DNA of 63,867 bases, filler included, from Octopus bimaculoides (taxonomy: Eukaryota): NCBI RefSeq assembly GCF_001194135.2. It is 7 parts of 7 records of this genome, joined end to end, with 100 filler letters (N's around TTAATTAATTAA, not from the genome) between each part and the next. Parts side by side here need not be neighbours in the genome. Positions count along the whole stretch, not along the records: positions 1 to 20,320 come from NC_068990.1; 6 more parts are not named here. One strand, given 5' to 3'. The notes beneath the pieces are model-generated. The model had not been told where the DNA came from. It was given only the letters and a program-made list of their open reading frames with translations, and did not search any database. Positions 1-12,983 of the stretch are shown one piece after another. The stretch's first letter is position 1; the number at the start of each line of letters is the position of its first letter. A program made the position numbers and the translations under genes.

Positions 1-350
1 CGGACCGAACGTGCAATGTCGAAGGGTCTTGATAGATGCCCATTGACGCGAACTACCGAACGGATGCCTCTGTACAAGGCAGCCATCCAGCCGCGGAAAA
101 TGGGACCGAAGCCGGCTGCTATGAGGACAGCCTCCAAGTATTGATGGTCTACCCTATCGAAAGCTTTCGATTGATCTAAATTGATCAGGGCCCCACCCAT
201 GCCAGGTTCCTTAACTACCCTCTCTATGATGTAGCGCATCAGATGGAGGTTGTCATGGATGCTCCTGCCCGGCACCGCGCACGTTTGCGCCTTGCCGATC
301 AGTTTCTCGATGACAAGCGCCAACCGCTTGGCTAACACCTTGGCCAAAAT
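1..350 (-). mobile_element. Tx1/L1-clade LINE reverse-transcriptase fragment (5'-truncated; runs off window start)
   Basis: Minus-strand translation is open: ILAKVLAKRLALVIEKLIGKAQTCAVPGRSIHDNLHLMRYIIERVVKEPGMGGALINLDQSKAFDRVDHQYLEAVLIAAGFGPIFRGWMAALYRGIRSVVRVNGHLSRPFDIARSV. These are non-LTR RT motifs (Q..F.PGRSI.DN; LD..KAFDRVDH). It abuts (AGAT)n at 351. Confidence 0.92.
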
Positions 351-440
351 AGATAGATAGATAGAAAGATAGATAGATAGATAGATAGATGCCTACATAC
401 ATGCATGCATATATACATACGAACTCACACAGACATACAC
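350..440. repeat. (AGAT)n plus (AC/AT) microsatellite
   Basis: Direct inspection. Confidence 0.9.
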
Positions 441-1732
441 AAATGCATGTATATGATGACATAGAATTTCAGGAAAGTATTGAGTTATATACAGCCAACA
501 GTTACGTCCCAATAGTCTTTGTGATTAAATAGTAAACATATCGCCATCAATCTGAAGTCCTGAACTCAGCTCAAGGTACATTGTTGTACGATAAGAACTT
601 AATTGATTTACTAAAAGCCTTTGTAACACCAATAGAATTTTCATCACCTTCGTTAACATGAAATGAAAAATTAACTTTACCGATTTTGAAATTGAAAACC
701 TAATTGAAGAGAACTAGCAACGAATGGCCATTCGGTTCATTGACTTATTGTTTCTGCCAGCACGCAATCATATTTATATATATATATGAATTATTAATCT
801 TTAAAAATATCAATTTACTCTACAGATCAATAATACTATGTTTTTTTTATTGAATGCTGATTGCAGTATTACGCGTTACATTATGATTTTCTTGTGTGTA
901 CTCGATTATTAGTGGTTGTTCGTTCGGTAATTGTCTGTTTTAATATGAAATGTTGAATGTGGTTCACTGAGAACGTATGGCAGTAATACGTAATTGTTTT
1001 CATTAGTCAGTACTCTCCTCCTAATCATATCTGAATGACTAGAAATATACATCAAATTTGCGAAGTTGAAATGAATTCGGATTAAAAATCTAAATATAGT
1101 TACAATATATTTACCGTGACTTCAGTGATCAAACGTTGTCATAGTAGTAGCTGTTGAATCATTCCAACTTCAACCATCATACCTTTTTATGGCTAAGACA
1201 TTACTGTCCAAGAAGCAGTGCTTTTTAGAACAGCGCAGCGTGATTTCAAAGGATTTGTGCATTATTTTATCATATTTAACAAGCTGAATAACTTAACAGA
1301 ACTGTCACCGCTGTTTCGGATTGTGAGAGTTCTTGAATGATAAATGAAATGGGTAAAGCTTCTGACAATGCAGTGATGAAAGCTGAAAAACTTTTATATT
1401 TTCGGGTGCAAAGGCTCATCTTCAGAAGAGTAGAGTCGTTGGTTAAAAGCTTTCCTTATTTCATTTATTATTTTAACTCTGTGCTACGATTCGTCGAGTG
1501 GACTTCACTTCTCTTCTCTTAAAATGACTGTTGTTATTTCTTTGCTAGGTTTAATGTACTAAAACCGGAAGAGACGGGTGGTCATTTGATTAATTGTATT
1601 TGATGGAGCACGTAACATAATTTAAAATCCACTAGCACTGAGATGATATTCCACTTAGCTCTGTTGCTTTGTAAAGTATATCTCGATGTCTTACACTATC
1701 CATATAAATGCATGAATGTCATATTATATACT

Positions 1733-1925
1733 GGCACTCAGTCGGTTACGATACGAGAGTTCCAGTCGACCTCTGAACAACGGAATAGCTTGTTTGTGAA
1801 ATTAACCTGCAAGTAGCTGAGCACTCCTCAGACACGTGTACACTTGACGTAATTCTCAGGGAGATTTAGCGTGACACACAACGTGATGCATCACGTCACA
1901 CAATGTGACAAGGCTGGCCCTTTGA
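1733..1925 (-). mobile_element. SINE family C, 3' half
   Basis: Reverse complement matches the 3' half of 28633-29005 (gggccagccttgtcac...cgtaaccgactgagtgcca). Confidence 0.8.
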
Positions 1926-1929
1926 ATAA

Positions 1930-2068
1930 CAGGTATAAACATTTTTTGTCAGTTGAGTGAACTGGGGCAAAAGTGTCATGATCAAGGGCAAAACGAATTA
2001 GCAGGAGTCGAACTAACAACATTACGGTCGTGAGCTGATTATCTTAACCACTGAACCACGCGGCTTCA
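1930..2068 (-). mobile_element. SINE family D, 5' part (degraded)
   Basis: Reverse complement gives a tRNA-like head (cgcgtggttcagtggttaaga) and ttgccccagttcactcaactg, shared with 18496-18832. Confidence 0.6.
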
Positions 2069-2119
2069 CACGCTTCATATTATTCTTGATTTATAAACAA
2101 CATGCTTCATTCATAATGC

Positions 2120-2331
2120 TTTCTACTCTAGGCATAAGGCCTGAAATTCTGGGCGGAGGGATATTTCGATTACATCGACCCCAGTGCATAACTGGTACAT
2201 ATTTCATCGACCCCGAAAGAATGAAAAACAAAGTCGACCTCGGTGGAATTTGAACTCAGAACTTACCGTCGGGCGAAGTAACGCTAAGCATCTCGTCCAG
2301 CGTGCTAACGATTCTGCCAGCTCGCTGCCTT
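2120..2331 (-). mobile_element. SINE family A (tRNA-like head; central ctttcatcctttcggggtcgataa domain; tail type 1)
   Basis: More than 20 copies in the window share ggcggcgagctggcagaa...tgagttcaaattccgccgaggtcgactttgcctttcatcctttcggggtcgataaattaagtaccag. The central block resembles the MetaSINE-type domain (from memory, unverified). Confidence 0.9.
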
Positions 2332-2347
2332 ACTTACTTCATATGTA

Positions 2348-2586
2348 ATTATTTATTTCTTTAATGACCTCAAGGAGCTAAACATAGAGGGGACAAAGAA
2401 GAACAGGCAAAGTGATTAAGTTGATTACATCGACGCCAGTGCGTAACTGGTACTTAATTTATCGACCCCGAAAGGATGAAAGGCAAAGTCGACCTCGGCG
2501 GAATTTGAACTCAGAACGTAAAGACAGACGAAATACAGTTAAACACTTCGCCTGGTGTGCTAACGATTCTGCCAGCTTACCGCCTT
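2348..2586 (-). mobile_element. SINE family A with alternative (Tx1-like) tail
   Basis: Family A body; tail ctttgtcccctctatgtttagctccttgaggtcattaaagaaat, shared with 49347-49570. Confidence 0.88.
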
Positions 2587-2959
2587 ACATGCTTCATTTA
2601 TAATGGGAAGTAATAATTGTTTAGAAATTTAAACACCACTCATTTAAAAAAAAGAAACGGTATCTTTGCATGCGCCGGTAATTTGTTTTTTTCTTCTGCG
2701 TTGTGTTCTCTGGGATCCAGAAAACTGGACGTCACTGTTTTTGATAGAAGAGGACATCTTGAAGAAATGTAAGGAGGTTTATTTTAACAAGAATCCAAGT
2801 AGAAACATTTTACCAAATGTTTTAAATGTGATGAAAATTCTCTTTCTAAGATAAATGTTTTTAAAGATTTAGAAGACATTCCTCCATTTTGGAGAGTTAT
2901 ATGCAGGCTGTTAACCTGTGGATTATCAACAATTTTAAACTAAAGAAAATTAACGAAAT

Positions 2960-3175
2960 ATTCTTTTCTACTCTAAGCATAATGTCCGAGATTTTTTGGG
3001 ATGGGACCTGTCGATTAGATCGACTCCAGTGCACAACTGGCACTTGATTTATCGACCCCGAAAGGATGAGAGGCAAAGTCGACCTCGGAAGAATTTGAAC
3101 TCAGAACGTAAATGCAGACGAAATAACGCTAAGCATTTCGCCCGGTGTGCTAACGTTTCTGCCAGCTCACCACCT
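2960..3175 (-). mobile_element. SINE family A
   Basis: Full-length match to other copies. Confidence 0.9.
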
Positions 3176-3984
3176 CAAAGTAATTAGATATTGCCTCACT
3201 GTCCAAAACTTTGAAGAATTTTCCAACTACTGAGTTGTGATTGATGTTGTTAGATATGTCTTCCTAAAATAATACTCCCGTCTATGTCCACAACCCGTAA
3301 AATTGGGGCCTTAACACTTACTAAAGGGATAGCGTTCATATGTATTTACGCAATTCTTCTTAATTTCTAAGACAGAGAATGGAATGGCTGTAGATATTAA
3401 CATGTCTCCCAAAATAAATATACAAGACTCTGGAAAGATGACGGTAAAAAGGTAGAATGGCGGGAGCGTTTGCTAAAAGTATGTGTGCATAGAGTGAATC
3501 GTTGACAATTTATAGATAATTGTCTCTCTTACCGTTCCTTGTTGTTAATTATTCATTCATGACTGGGAATGTTCTGTAAAATACATTCAATTGTCCTTGC
3601 TAAAATTTTCAATTCTCGTACTGTATATGTTTCACACAAAATTTGAAATAGAATGTGTAGCTAAATTTTTACCCGAATTTTTACATTTAAAATAAAGTAG
3701 TGAGTATATTAAAATATAAACAAGGGTATTATATAACTACTTTTGTAGATAGACATTCAAATGCATCAGTGTTAAATAAATTTTTAACTTCACTTTGCTT
3801 ATGTAGCGATGCTTATGTAGCGACTTGTAAAATATACCTGAGAGAAACAGATATTTATTTTTGATAGGTCTGAAAATATCGATCCACTGACCGGTGCAAT
3901 AACAAGGCATGCATCGATGAAGTGCAATATCTAGTTACTACAGGTTTAGTTATCATATTGATTTTATTTGGTGCGGTGGAAGGG

Positions 3985-4165
3985 GGAAGATAAGCAATTT
4001 CGAGGGATAGGGTAAATACATTACTTCGGTCCCAGTGCTCACCTGGTAATTTTTTTATCGACCTCGAAACAATGAAAGGCAGAATCGGCTCTGGCGGCCT
4101 TTGAATTCAGAACATAAAGTCGGGGAAAATGTCGCTAAGCATTTTCTCCGGTCCTGTAACAATCC
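3985..4165 (-). mobile_element. SINE family A (degraded)
   Basis: ttttatcgacctcgaaacaatgaaaggc...tttgaattcagaac. Confidence 0.7.
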
Positions 4166-5134
4166 TGGTTTGTTATCATATTGACATGGCTGTATGTTTT
4201 GCTTTGAAGGTATCATCTTGACCTGTTAGAAATCTAAGTTGCATGTTTTTAACACAATATATTACGTTTCATTTCACTGGTCATTATTTACAGCATTGGG
4301 TGATATCGTTATTTCTATAGTTTCTTTTATCTTTTACTATCAACACGACCGAAAACAATAATGTTATTAGCAAAAACAAATCTGGTAACAAGAAATTGAA
4401 ACCCATCAACAGGAATAATTCACACAGCACCACAAAACAATAAATCACAACAATATAAAAACGCCGTCGACAGTATCAATAACACAGCTAACAAAACTTT
4501 TACCACCAAAACAAATGTGCGCAACAACACCATAATGTAATACAACAAAAAACACTCCTGACAAGAGAGTCGGAGGAAGAGAGGAACAGGAAGAGGGGGA
4601 GATGGAGAAAGAGATAGAGGGCATCTAACTAGTCACAGAATGGCTATAAATACCAAACCACTTTACAAGGTAGTCTAAAAGAATACATCTGTTGCCAAAT
4701 GTACACACAGGGAGAGAGAAATGACTTTGATATACTTGGCTAGGTCTCACGTGAACAAAATAACATTTAAAATGACATTTACTGAAACATCCTGAAAAAG
4801 CAATATATATATAAGACAGAGAATTTTAAAACATTTCCGCAAATGACATTGAACAAATGTTTCAGAAAGATTTTCGGATGCTCTGTTGATAATAAGTTAC
4901 TTATCTCACAAAATGCGAAATAACCTTAATATTGGTAGGATCGGAAGTTTCCGAACTTGGGTAAGATTGTGAAACGAATGGTGTTACACAAATGGATGAT
5001 TTTTGCGCATAGTAGCTCGCATAGAGAAAGTTACAGTATGTGTGTGTATGTCAGTGTGTGTGTGTGAGTGTTTAGTGGGTATCTAAGTATCCATGTATTT
5101 ATGCTCATTTGTGAATGTGTGTGCATGTATATAT

Positions 5135-5206
5135 CTATTTATCTCTAGCTATGTATCTCTCTCGCCCTCTTTCTCTGTCTCTCTCTCTCTCTCTCGCTCT
5201 CTCTAC

Positions 5207-5266
<60 letters not shown>

Positions 5267-5331
5267 ATATATCAACATACATATCGACATATATTTGAAC
5301 ACACACACACATGTATAAATATGTATATATA
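5135..5331. repeat. Compound (CT)n(AT)n(GT)n microsatellite leading into a gap
   Basis: Direct inspection. Confidence 0.95.
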
Positions 5332-6173
5332 NNNNNNNNNNNNNNNNNNNNNNNNNNNNNNNNNNNNNNNNNNNNNNNNNNNNNNNNNNNNNNNNNNNNN
5401 NNNNNNNNNNNNNNNNNNNNNNNNNNNNNNNNNNNNNNNNNNNNNNNNNNNNNNNNNNNNNNNNNNNNNNNNNNNNNNNNNNNNNNNNNNNNNNNNNNNN
5501 NNNNNNNNNNNNNNNNNNNNNNNNNNNNNNNNNNNNNNNNNNNNNNNNNNNNNNNNNNNNNNNNNNNNNNNNNNNNNNNNNNNNNNNNNNNNNNNNNNNN
5601 NNNNNNNNNNNNNNNNNNNNNNNNNNNNNNNNNNNNNNNNNNNNNNNNNNNNNNNNNNNNNNNNNNNNNNNNNNNNNNNNNNNNNNNNNNNNNNNNNNNN
5701 NNNNNNNNNNNNNNNNNNNNNNNNNNNNNNNNNNNNNNNNNNNNNNNNNNNNNNNNNNNNNNNNNNNNNNNNNNNNNNNNNNNNNNNNNNNNNNNNNNNN
5801 NNNNNNNNNNNNNNNNNNNNNNNNNNNNNNNNNNNNNNNNNNNNNNNNNNNNNNNNNNNNNNNNNNNNNNNNNNNNNNNNNNNNNNNNNNNNNNNNNNNN
5901 NNNNNNNNNNNNNNNNNNNNNNNNNNNNNNNNNNNNNNNNNNNNNNNNNNNNNNNNNNNNNNNNNNNNNNNNNNNNNNNNNNNNNNNNNNNNNNNNNNNN
6001 NNNNNNNNNNNNNNNNNNNNNNNNNNNNNNNNNNNNNNNNNNNNNNNNNNNNNNNNNNNNNNNNNNNNNNNNNNNNNNNNNNNNNNNNNNNNNNNNNNNN
6101 NNNNNNNNNNNNNNNNNNNNNNNNNNNNNNNNNNNNNNNNNNNNNNNNNNNNNNNNNNNNNNNNNNNNNNNNN
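5332..6173. other. Assembly gap (N run). Other large gaps: 25898-26242, 39021-39327, 48291-49029
   Basis: N runs. Confidence 1.
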
Positions 6174-6752
6174 ATATATGTATGTATGTATATATATACA
6201 TATATATATATGCATGCAAACATACATAACCTTCTTATATACGTGTGTGTGTTTGTGTGTGTGCGTGTGCGTGATTGTCTGCACACGCGTGTGTGCGGGC
6301 ATATGTGCATGTTTTCGTGGAAGCGTAGCCGCAAGCATCGAACTTGTATTATAAGAGTTTAGTGGATTCGATTTAGCTCTTAGTGCTAAGAGACTAACTC
6401 ATTACCCTTTGGACACGAGTTATATAATCTAATGTGACAGAATGTAATTTTCATATATAATTTGAGGAGATAGAATTGTGCTGAGATCTCCAGTTTAATC
6501 GGTAAATCCGTTGCATATCTATCGGTAAGAGATACACATGTGTTTGAAGTGGAGCTGAATTACTTGTCTCTCCTGAATGGGCCCTTATAATGTCTATAAT
6601 GTTGAGGTTAACATATACCTTATATATTGAAATACAAAAGAAATGAAATGAAGTATGGGAAATATAAATTCTGTATAAACGAGTTACCGTTATTACTCGC
6701 ACTATTTAATGGTTTCAGTATTAATACTTCTGTAACTATGAGCAAATATGTA

Positions 6753-7620
6753 CAGAGTGCGGTTAATAAACTGTCGTCTAAATTACACAAAAATGAAAAC
6801 AACACTGACATCTCATTTTAACAGATATATTTACCAAAATTACATAAAAATAACTTGAAATATTAAAGAGTAAATGTATTCAATACAATTGCCATTGGTT
6901 TCAACCGTAGCCTCCAGACGACTTCAGAATATTTTGCAACTCTCCTGGATGGTCTCCTCGATGAATGCTGTAATAATACTTGCTTTCGGTTCATCTTTGG
7001 TGTTAGAAGCAGTTTTGTTAGTCTCTCACACAAGTGCGCCCCGCACGTAATAATCAAGGGGGTTGCAGTCTGGGGAGTTGGGTTGCCAGATGTTATGGGT
7101 GATGTGGCCGCAGAAATTTTCTCACAGCCACGACTAGGTTCTTCTGCTTGCGTGACATGGTGCAGAGTCCTGCATCACTAGACATAGGGTCTTCGAGAAT
7201 CCACCCTCTTGAGCCAGAGCAGCACTACCTCTTCCAGGCACTTGATGAAGGACTCTATGTTTATTCTGAGGCTGTGTGGGAAGATGAATGGAGGCATAAA
7301 GTGGCCATCACTGGCGATCCCTCTAAGCACCATGATGTTGATTGAATGTTTGATTTTTATCACTCTTGGTACATGTCCTCAGATTGACACACAAACAATC
7401 TGAAATGTTCGTATTGGAGCTTCCGGCGCAAATGCCAAACGGTGCAACATGTCGTTTCCAATTTTCCGGCAGAGTGAATTGCATCGTGGTGCTGTCTTTC
7501 TCACAGACGATGCCCAACTGATGCTACTACACTGTGTAGTGGACAAAATAAAAGAAAAAAACAATGTGCATTCGCCTAATTAAAAATATAAATTGGCGAC
7601 AATTTACCCATCGCAAACTG
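6753..7620 (-). mobile_element. Internally deleted Tc1/mariner DD37D (maT-type) transposon with both TIRs and TA flanks
   Basis: Decayed minus-strand transposase C-terminus (MPPFIFPHSLRINIESFIKCLEEVVLLWLKRVDSRRPYV..QDSAPCH...NSPDCNPLDYY; about 37 residues between the 2nd and 3rd D). Termini TA|cagagtgcggttaataaactgtcgtc and ggcgacaatttacccatcgcaaactg|TA are imperfect inverted repeats. Confidence 0.8.
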
Positions 7621-7634
7621 TATATATTTGTTGT

Positions 7635-7831
7635 CAAATTTTGGCACGAGGCTATGGAATTTTGAGGGAAGAGATGAGTCGATTAATCGACCCCAGAATT
7701 GAACTGGTTCTTTTTTTATCGACCCCGTATGGGATGAAAGGCAAAGTTCACCTCGACGTAATTTGAAGTCAGACGAAATGAATGGAATCATTTTTCCCGG
7801 CGTGCCAACGATTCTGCCATTTCACCACCTT
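7635..7831 (-). mobile_element. SINE family A
   Basis: Sequence match to other copies. Confidence 0.8.
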
Positions 7832-8269
7832 CTCAACCAATATTTCGAATGAAAAGCGGGCTGAATGTTCAGAAACGTTAAACTCAAAGCAATAGTAGAT
7901 TTAAGAGCTTGACTGTTATAATCTATTAAAGAATACTCCTAACTTATACATTGACTTCTGTAAATCAACAATGATGTATATGTGCGTGTGTTTGTGCGCA
8001 TGTGTGCGTGTGTATGTGTGTGTGTGTATGTGCATATATGTGTGTGATCATGTGTTTGTGTATGCATTCGTATAATTAGAACAGAAAATGTTCAATTCGC
8101 TCTGTAAATGCATTATTTGAATAAAAAAACACGTAGTTATGTAATCACGAAGAGAATGGTTTTCACAAAATATGAAATGGTAAAAGAAACGAAAAAACGT
8201 AACATGTGGATTGTTTTTTTATTATATGAATAAATATTTCTAATATTTTTTGCTAACCTTTATCTTTTG

Positions 8270-8435
8270 CTAGCTTCAGACAGTAGACTACGGTCATGTT
8301 AGAGCAATACCTTATTTATTTTTTTAGTCAACTGGATCGCCACCAGTATTTCTATTTTAAAGCCTGGAACTTATTCTTTTGCCGAACCGCTGAGGGACAT
8401 AACCAAACCAGCAATGGTCGTCAAGCGGTAGTGGG
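8270..8435 (-). mobile_element. SINE family B, 3' part (degraded)
   Basis: cggtcatgttagagcaatacc...tttgccgaaccgct...gtcgtcaagcg matches the family B tail. Confidence 0.6.
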
Positions 8436-9014
8436 AGACAATGTGCTTTGTATAGTCGTAACACATTTACAGTGACATCATATACAGTGACAACATTTCA
8501 AAGGGTAAATGAATGAAAAGCAGCTCTAATAGAGTCGCAATGTTTTCAATAATATAGAAACTAACTACGTATGTAAGAAGTTATTGATTTCGTTGTGCGT
8601 ATATATTATTTCATTTGCGTTGCATCTCCAAATTTATAGAAAATTATATGAACAAATGAACGAATGAAATAGAAATATTTCATTTTATTTCTCTGTTATT
8701 CAAATATATTTCTTATTTCAAATGTATAACTAATTTAGATAATTTATTGCTGCCGATTTGATGAGGAATCGACCAAAGAAATTGGTTTCAACACATAGTT
8801 TTGAAGATTTATCAATATAAAAATATTTCTTAATCCAGTTCTATTCGGCAAAATGTCTAAAGAATAAAGAATCGGAGAGATATTGCATTAAAAGGAGATG
8901 CAACAATTTCTGTATGAATTCAACCGGTACACCTCGATAACTTGTTACTATGAAAACTCTCTCTTTCTATTTCTCTTTCTTTCTCACCCTGCCCTTCTTT
9001 CTCTGTACACGCAC

Positions 9015-9053
<39 letters not shown>

Positions 9054-9250
9054 AATATACACACACAGACATGCACACGCATATAGAAACACACAAAGCT
9101 ATAAATAATTACATTTAAATATTGGGTTGAAAAACATTTTAGGATAGAATTAGGGAAGCATTCTAGCAAAGAAAAAAAATCCTTTTCTACATTACATTGA
9201 ATATCAAAACTATAGTTATGAAAAAAAATATTAATATTAATATCAATAAC

Positions 9251-9590
9251 TAAGGCAGAGAGCGGACAGAATATTTAGAGCGCCAGGTGAAATGTTTACC
9301 TGCATTTCGCACGAGCACAAAAGCGCGGAGGTAGGTGAGGATCCATCGCCGACTTGCAGGTGAGGATGACGACCTTATTAGCCGTAGACCGTCGTGCCTT
9401 ATCCGCGTGCGTAACACACGGACACACACACACACACACTCGCGGTTGATATCGTCGAGACGACGGCCTTTCGATCGCACTACCGGTTTGTGAGTTCAAA
9501 TTGCGCCGCTGTCGATCTTAATTTAAATCCAGTCGGAGTCGATAAAATAAGTACTAGCTGAGCATTGGAATCGACGTAACACCCCCACTG
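9251..9590 (+). mobile_element. SINE family A interrupted by an approx. 175-bp GC-rich insert (9310-9485)
   Basis: Head aaggcagagagcggacagaa...gcatttcg; resumes at tgagttcaaattgcgccgctgtcgat...gtcgataaaataagtactag. Confidence 0.7.
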
Positions 9591-9632
9591 GCGAATAATT
9601 GCCATTGGGACACTGTTGTACTCTTATATATA

Positions 9633-9918
9633 CAGGGTGCGGTGAATGCACTGTTGTCTAAATTATGCAACAATGGAAATAGCACTGACACCTACCTCAT
9701 TTTAATAGATATATTTACCAAAATTACATGAAAAGATCTTGAAATATTAAAGAGTTAATTTATTCAATAAAATCGCCATTGGTTTCAACCACGGCCTCCA
9801 GATGACTTCGGAATTTCCTGCAACTCTTCTGGACGGTCTCTTTGTTTAAGTTGGGGAATGCTGCCATAATCCTTGCCTTCAGTTTATCTTTGGTGTTACG
9901 AACAGTGTTGTTAGAGTC
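9633..9918 (-). mobile_element. Second maT-type DD37D transposon 3' end fragment
   Basis: TA|cagggtgcgg TIR; colinear with 6753-7030; encodes ..NTKDKLKARIMAAFPNLNKETVQKSCRKFRSHLEAVVETNGDFIE*. Confidence 0.85.
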
Positions 9919-10084
9919 AGAGGGACAGCCTGATCTTTCTTTCTTGCTGGCCGTTGTGCGCGCAACATCTATATTCCTTCCTGTGCCTCGAATACTGTTT
10001 GTTTAAGGATGTCGTACGAAATACCTATTTCAGAAGCCATGAGTCAGTACTTGGTATCGCATCAAGGAATTAATTAATCCTACT

Positions 10085-10193
10085 CCACCTCCTCCTCGTC
10101 CTCGTCCTCGTCCCCCTCCTCGTCCTCGTCCTCCTCCTCCTCCTCCTCCTCCTCCTCCTCCTCATCATCATCATTATTATTATTAATATTATT
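10085..10193. repeat. (CCT/CAT/TAT)n trinucleotide run
   Basis: Direct inspection. Confidence 0.9.
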
Positions 10194-10409
10194 AAGGTGG
10201 TGAGATGGCAAACCGTTAACAGACCGGGCAAAATGCTTAGCAGTATTTCATGCCTTTGCGTTCCGTTCTCATAATCAGTCGAGGTCGACTTTGCTCTTCC
10301 TCACTTTCGTGGTCGATAAAATAAGAACCAATTGAGGGCAGAAGTCAATGTCATAGACTTACTCGGTCTTTCGGAATTGTTGGCATTGTGAACAAAATTT
10401 GAAACCAGT
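10194..10409 (+). mobile_element. SINE family A (diverged)
   Basis: aaggtggtgagatggcaaa...gaggtcgactttgc...ggtcgataaaataagaacc. Confidence 0.75.
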
Positions 10410-10969
10410 ATGTGGATGTCAATATTCTGTATTGAATTTATAGCATAAAAGAAGCTAGCGTAAATACATAAGGCAGTTTGTTTTTCACGTTTATCTACCT
10501 GTTCTGCAATAAATCAAATTCTACGAGTTATCTTTCTCTTCTGCGAATTGAATATCCCTTAAAACTACACCGAACGGAAATAAGGGAAGCTTCTTTTTAA
10601 AATGTATCACCATGAGACACGCAACAGTAGAGAGTGTCATGTTTGGAATAGTTTCGACAGCTGTAGGTAGAAGTAAATAAGTTTAGAAGTTACATTAGGA
10701 TCAAGTTACAACCTCAAGTACATCAATAACATTGGCAATAACAGTGACAGAAGAGACAATTAATTACACAATCCTAATTTGTCTTGTCATCAGGCGTATT
10801 TAGAATGAGCGAATGAGAAAGATACCATATGTGTTCGCTTGTTACCCGGCTAGAAATAGCAGCTAAATGTCCCTAAGTTCATATTCTACTGATTTAGAAA
10901 TGTTATGTTTAAAGAGCATAGCCTAATGCATGCTACGGAAAAAGTGCATGACCTAATGGATGACATGTA

Positions 10970-11205
10970 AAAGCGCATGGCCGAGTGCGTAGAGTGTTGC
11001 CCTTAGGCCAGATCATGGTTTCAACTCCTGGAACTGGTGGTGTGTTGTGATCTTGAGCAAAGCACTTTATTTCTAGTTGCTTCACTCCACTCAGGAGTAA
11101 ATCAGTAAGAACCCGGATGGCGAGGGTCTGGTGTACGGTTCAGGAAGAATGAGTTGGTTTTGGTCACTTATAAATCATAGAAACCGGGTAAATAGTTCTA
11201 CGAGT
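10970..11205 (+). mobile_element. SINE family D (diverged)
   Basis: gcgcatggccgagtgcgtaga...tcttgagcaaagcactttatttc...ttcactccactcag. Confidence 0.6.
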
Positions 11206-11596
11206 CCTAAAAGTCAAGAAAAGGAAGGTTTTTTACAGGAAAGCAATCAGTCAACACCTCTTCGTTCAACTTGATCTGGTGCCAAACACTATTCACCAGA
11301 AACACAGCACGACAATATACAGAGTAGGGAGTCCCTAAGTGCTTATTTGTCTTGTCAAGAATTAGCAGACCAATTTAACTTTAAGTAGCATAACCGTCGG
11401 GATATAAGAATGATGCCATTAGACAATGTCTTCTGGATATTAAAGGCTAGAATGACTTTGGATAATAAAGACTGGATATTAAAGACTGGATAATAAAGGC
11501 TAGAATGACTTTGGACTTAGGTGTGATAGGTTGAGGGTTGTTAAGGTGTATACATTCACTACCAACAATAACAACAATAAGAGAAAGAAACGAAAT

Positions 11597-11782
11597 AAAT
11601 TAAAGTCCCAAGCTTAGGACGATGGGGTAACAGATGATAATGTCGACATATTGCATATTCGACCCCGAAAGGATGAAGGAAAAATCGACTGCGGTAGAAT
11701 TTGAACTCAGAACGTAAAGACAGACGAAATACCGCTAAGCTTTTCTCCCGGTGTCCTAACATTTCTGCCAGCTCGCCGCCTT
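11597..11782 (-). mobile_element. SINE family A
   Basis: Sequence match. Confidence 0.85.
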
Positions 11783-12772
11783 GTTTCATGCATCATTATT
11801 ACCAAAGTGCAAGGATAATCTTAATATTTTTACTCAATTCTCGTATAGAAGATGATGTTTAAGTGTCCAGTTGGGAAATCTTACAATCGCTGCTTTCCAA
11901 GTGATCGTTTTGCTGAGAACATCTTCTTTAGCTCAGAGTAATATATGTGTTAGTTATCAGTTTCACTCTGTTTGGATGCCTTATTACATGTGGATTATAA
12001 GCTCCGGCAATAGGAGAAATATGAGAAACGGAAAAAAAGGATATTATTCATTTTTTTTTTTAATGTTTTAAATTATACAAATTATACAGCAAGGACAAAA
12101 GCATGATCAATGGCTTCGTCTCCCTCCCCAAATAAATTCTTATGCATCCATAGCAGTGTTAGTATAATCTTCTTTAGAAATTCTAATTAAGCTGAGTCCG
12201 AAATCGGATTCGTTCTTCGTTTATAATTTCCTACATACAATTAAAAGAAGGCTGCCAACGTGTGGCATTGGTAAACCCAGAGCGAAATACGTTTTATTTG
12301 AAACACACTCCTCAAAAAGGAGTTCGAGAATGCTGAGAGAGGTAGAAAGAGAGAGGGCCATAGTGTGTAGATTATGAAGATTTGTCTTAGTGAATGACTT
12401 AAAGGGATTTTAAAGAAGATTAAATAAAATAATGAGAATGTAGTTAGAAAAGAAAAATGTTATAAGTACGGATGCTGCAAGAAATATTTAATCATACGAT
12501 AGAAATTCCATTAGATTTTTGTTGTTAAGCTTACATGACTAATCAATATAGTACGATGTCATCGATCTTATGAATATAGATTTCATTCCAGGTGTGGGAG
12601 TAACTTCCCTCCTATTCTTATATCTTCCACTGAAAACTGGTTCATTTCAAAATACATTTCTATCGATCATTCTCGCAATAAATGCAGTCTTTTGTTGTAA
12701 ATGTAAGTTTTTCCACTTCTCTTAAAAGACTTGGTAATCGAGTATATCCAGGTAGTTTGTACCACGATAGCC

Positions 12773-12983
12773 TTTCTAATATAGGCACATGGCCCGAAAT
12801 TTTATGGGAAGGGGTTAGTCGATTATAGCGACCTCAGTACGTGAAGGTACTTATGTTATCGAACCTGAAAGGATGGAAAGCAAAGTCGACTTCGGCGGCA
12901 TTAGATCTCAAAACCGAAAGACGGACGAAATACCGCTAAGCATTTCGCCCAGCCTGCTAACGATTCTGCCAGCTCGCCGCCTT
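12773..12983 (-). mobile_element. SINE family A
   Basis: Full-length match. Confidence 0.9.

Noticed and set aside
1385-1430. Minus-strand CTGAAGA...GAAA at hammerhead-like spacing (and a similar string at 1300-1375)
   Set aside because: No helix II or helix I pairing.
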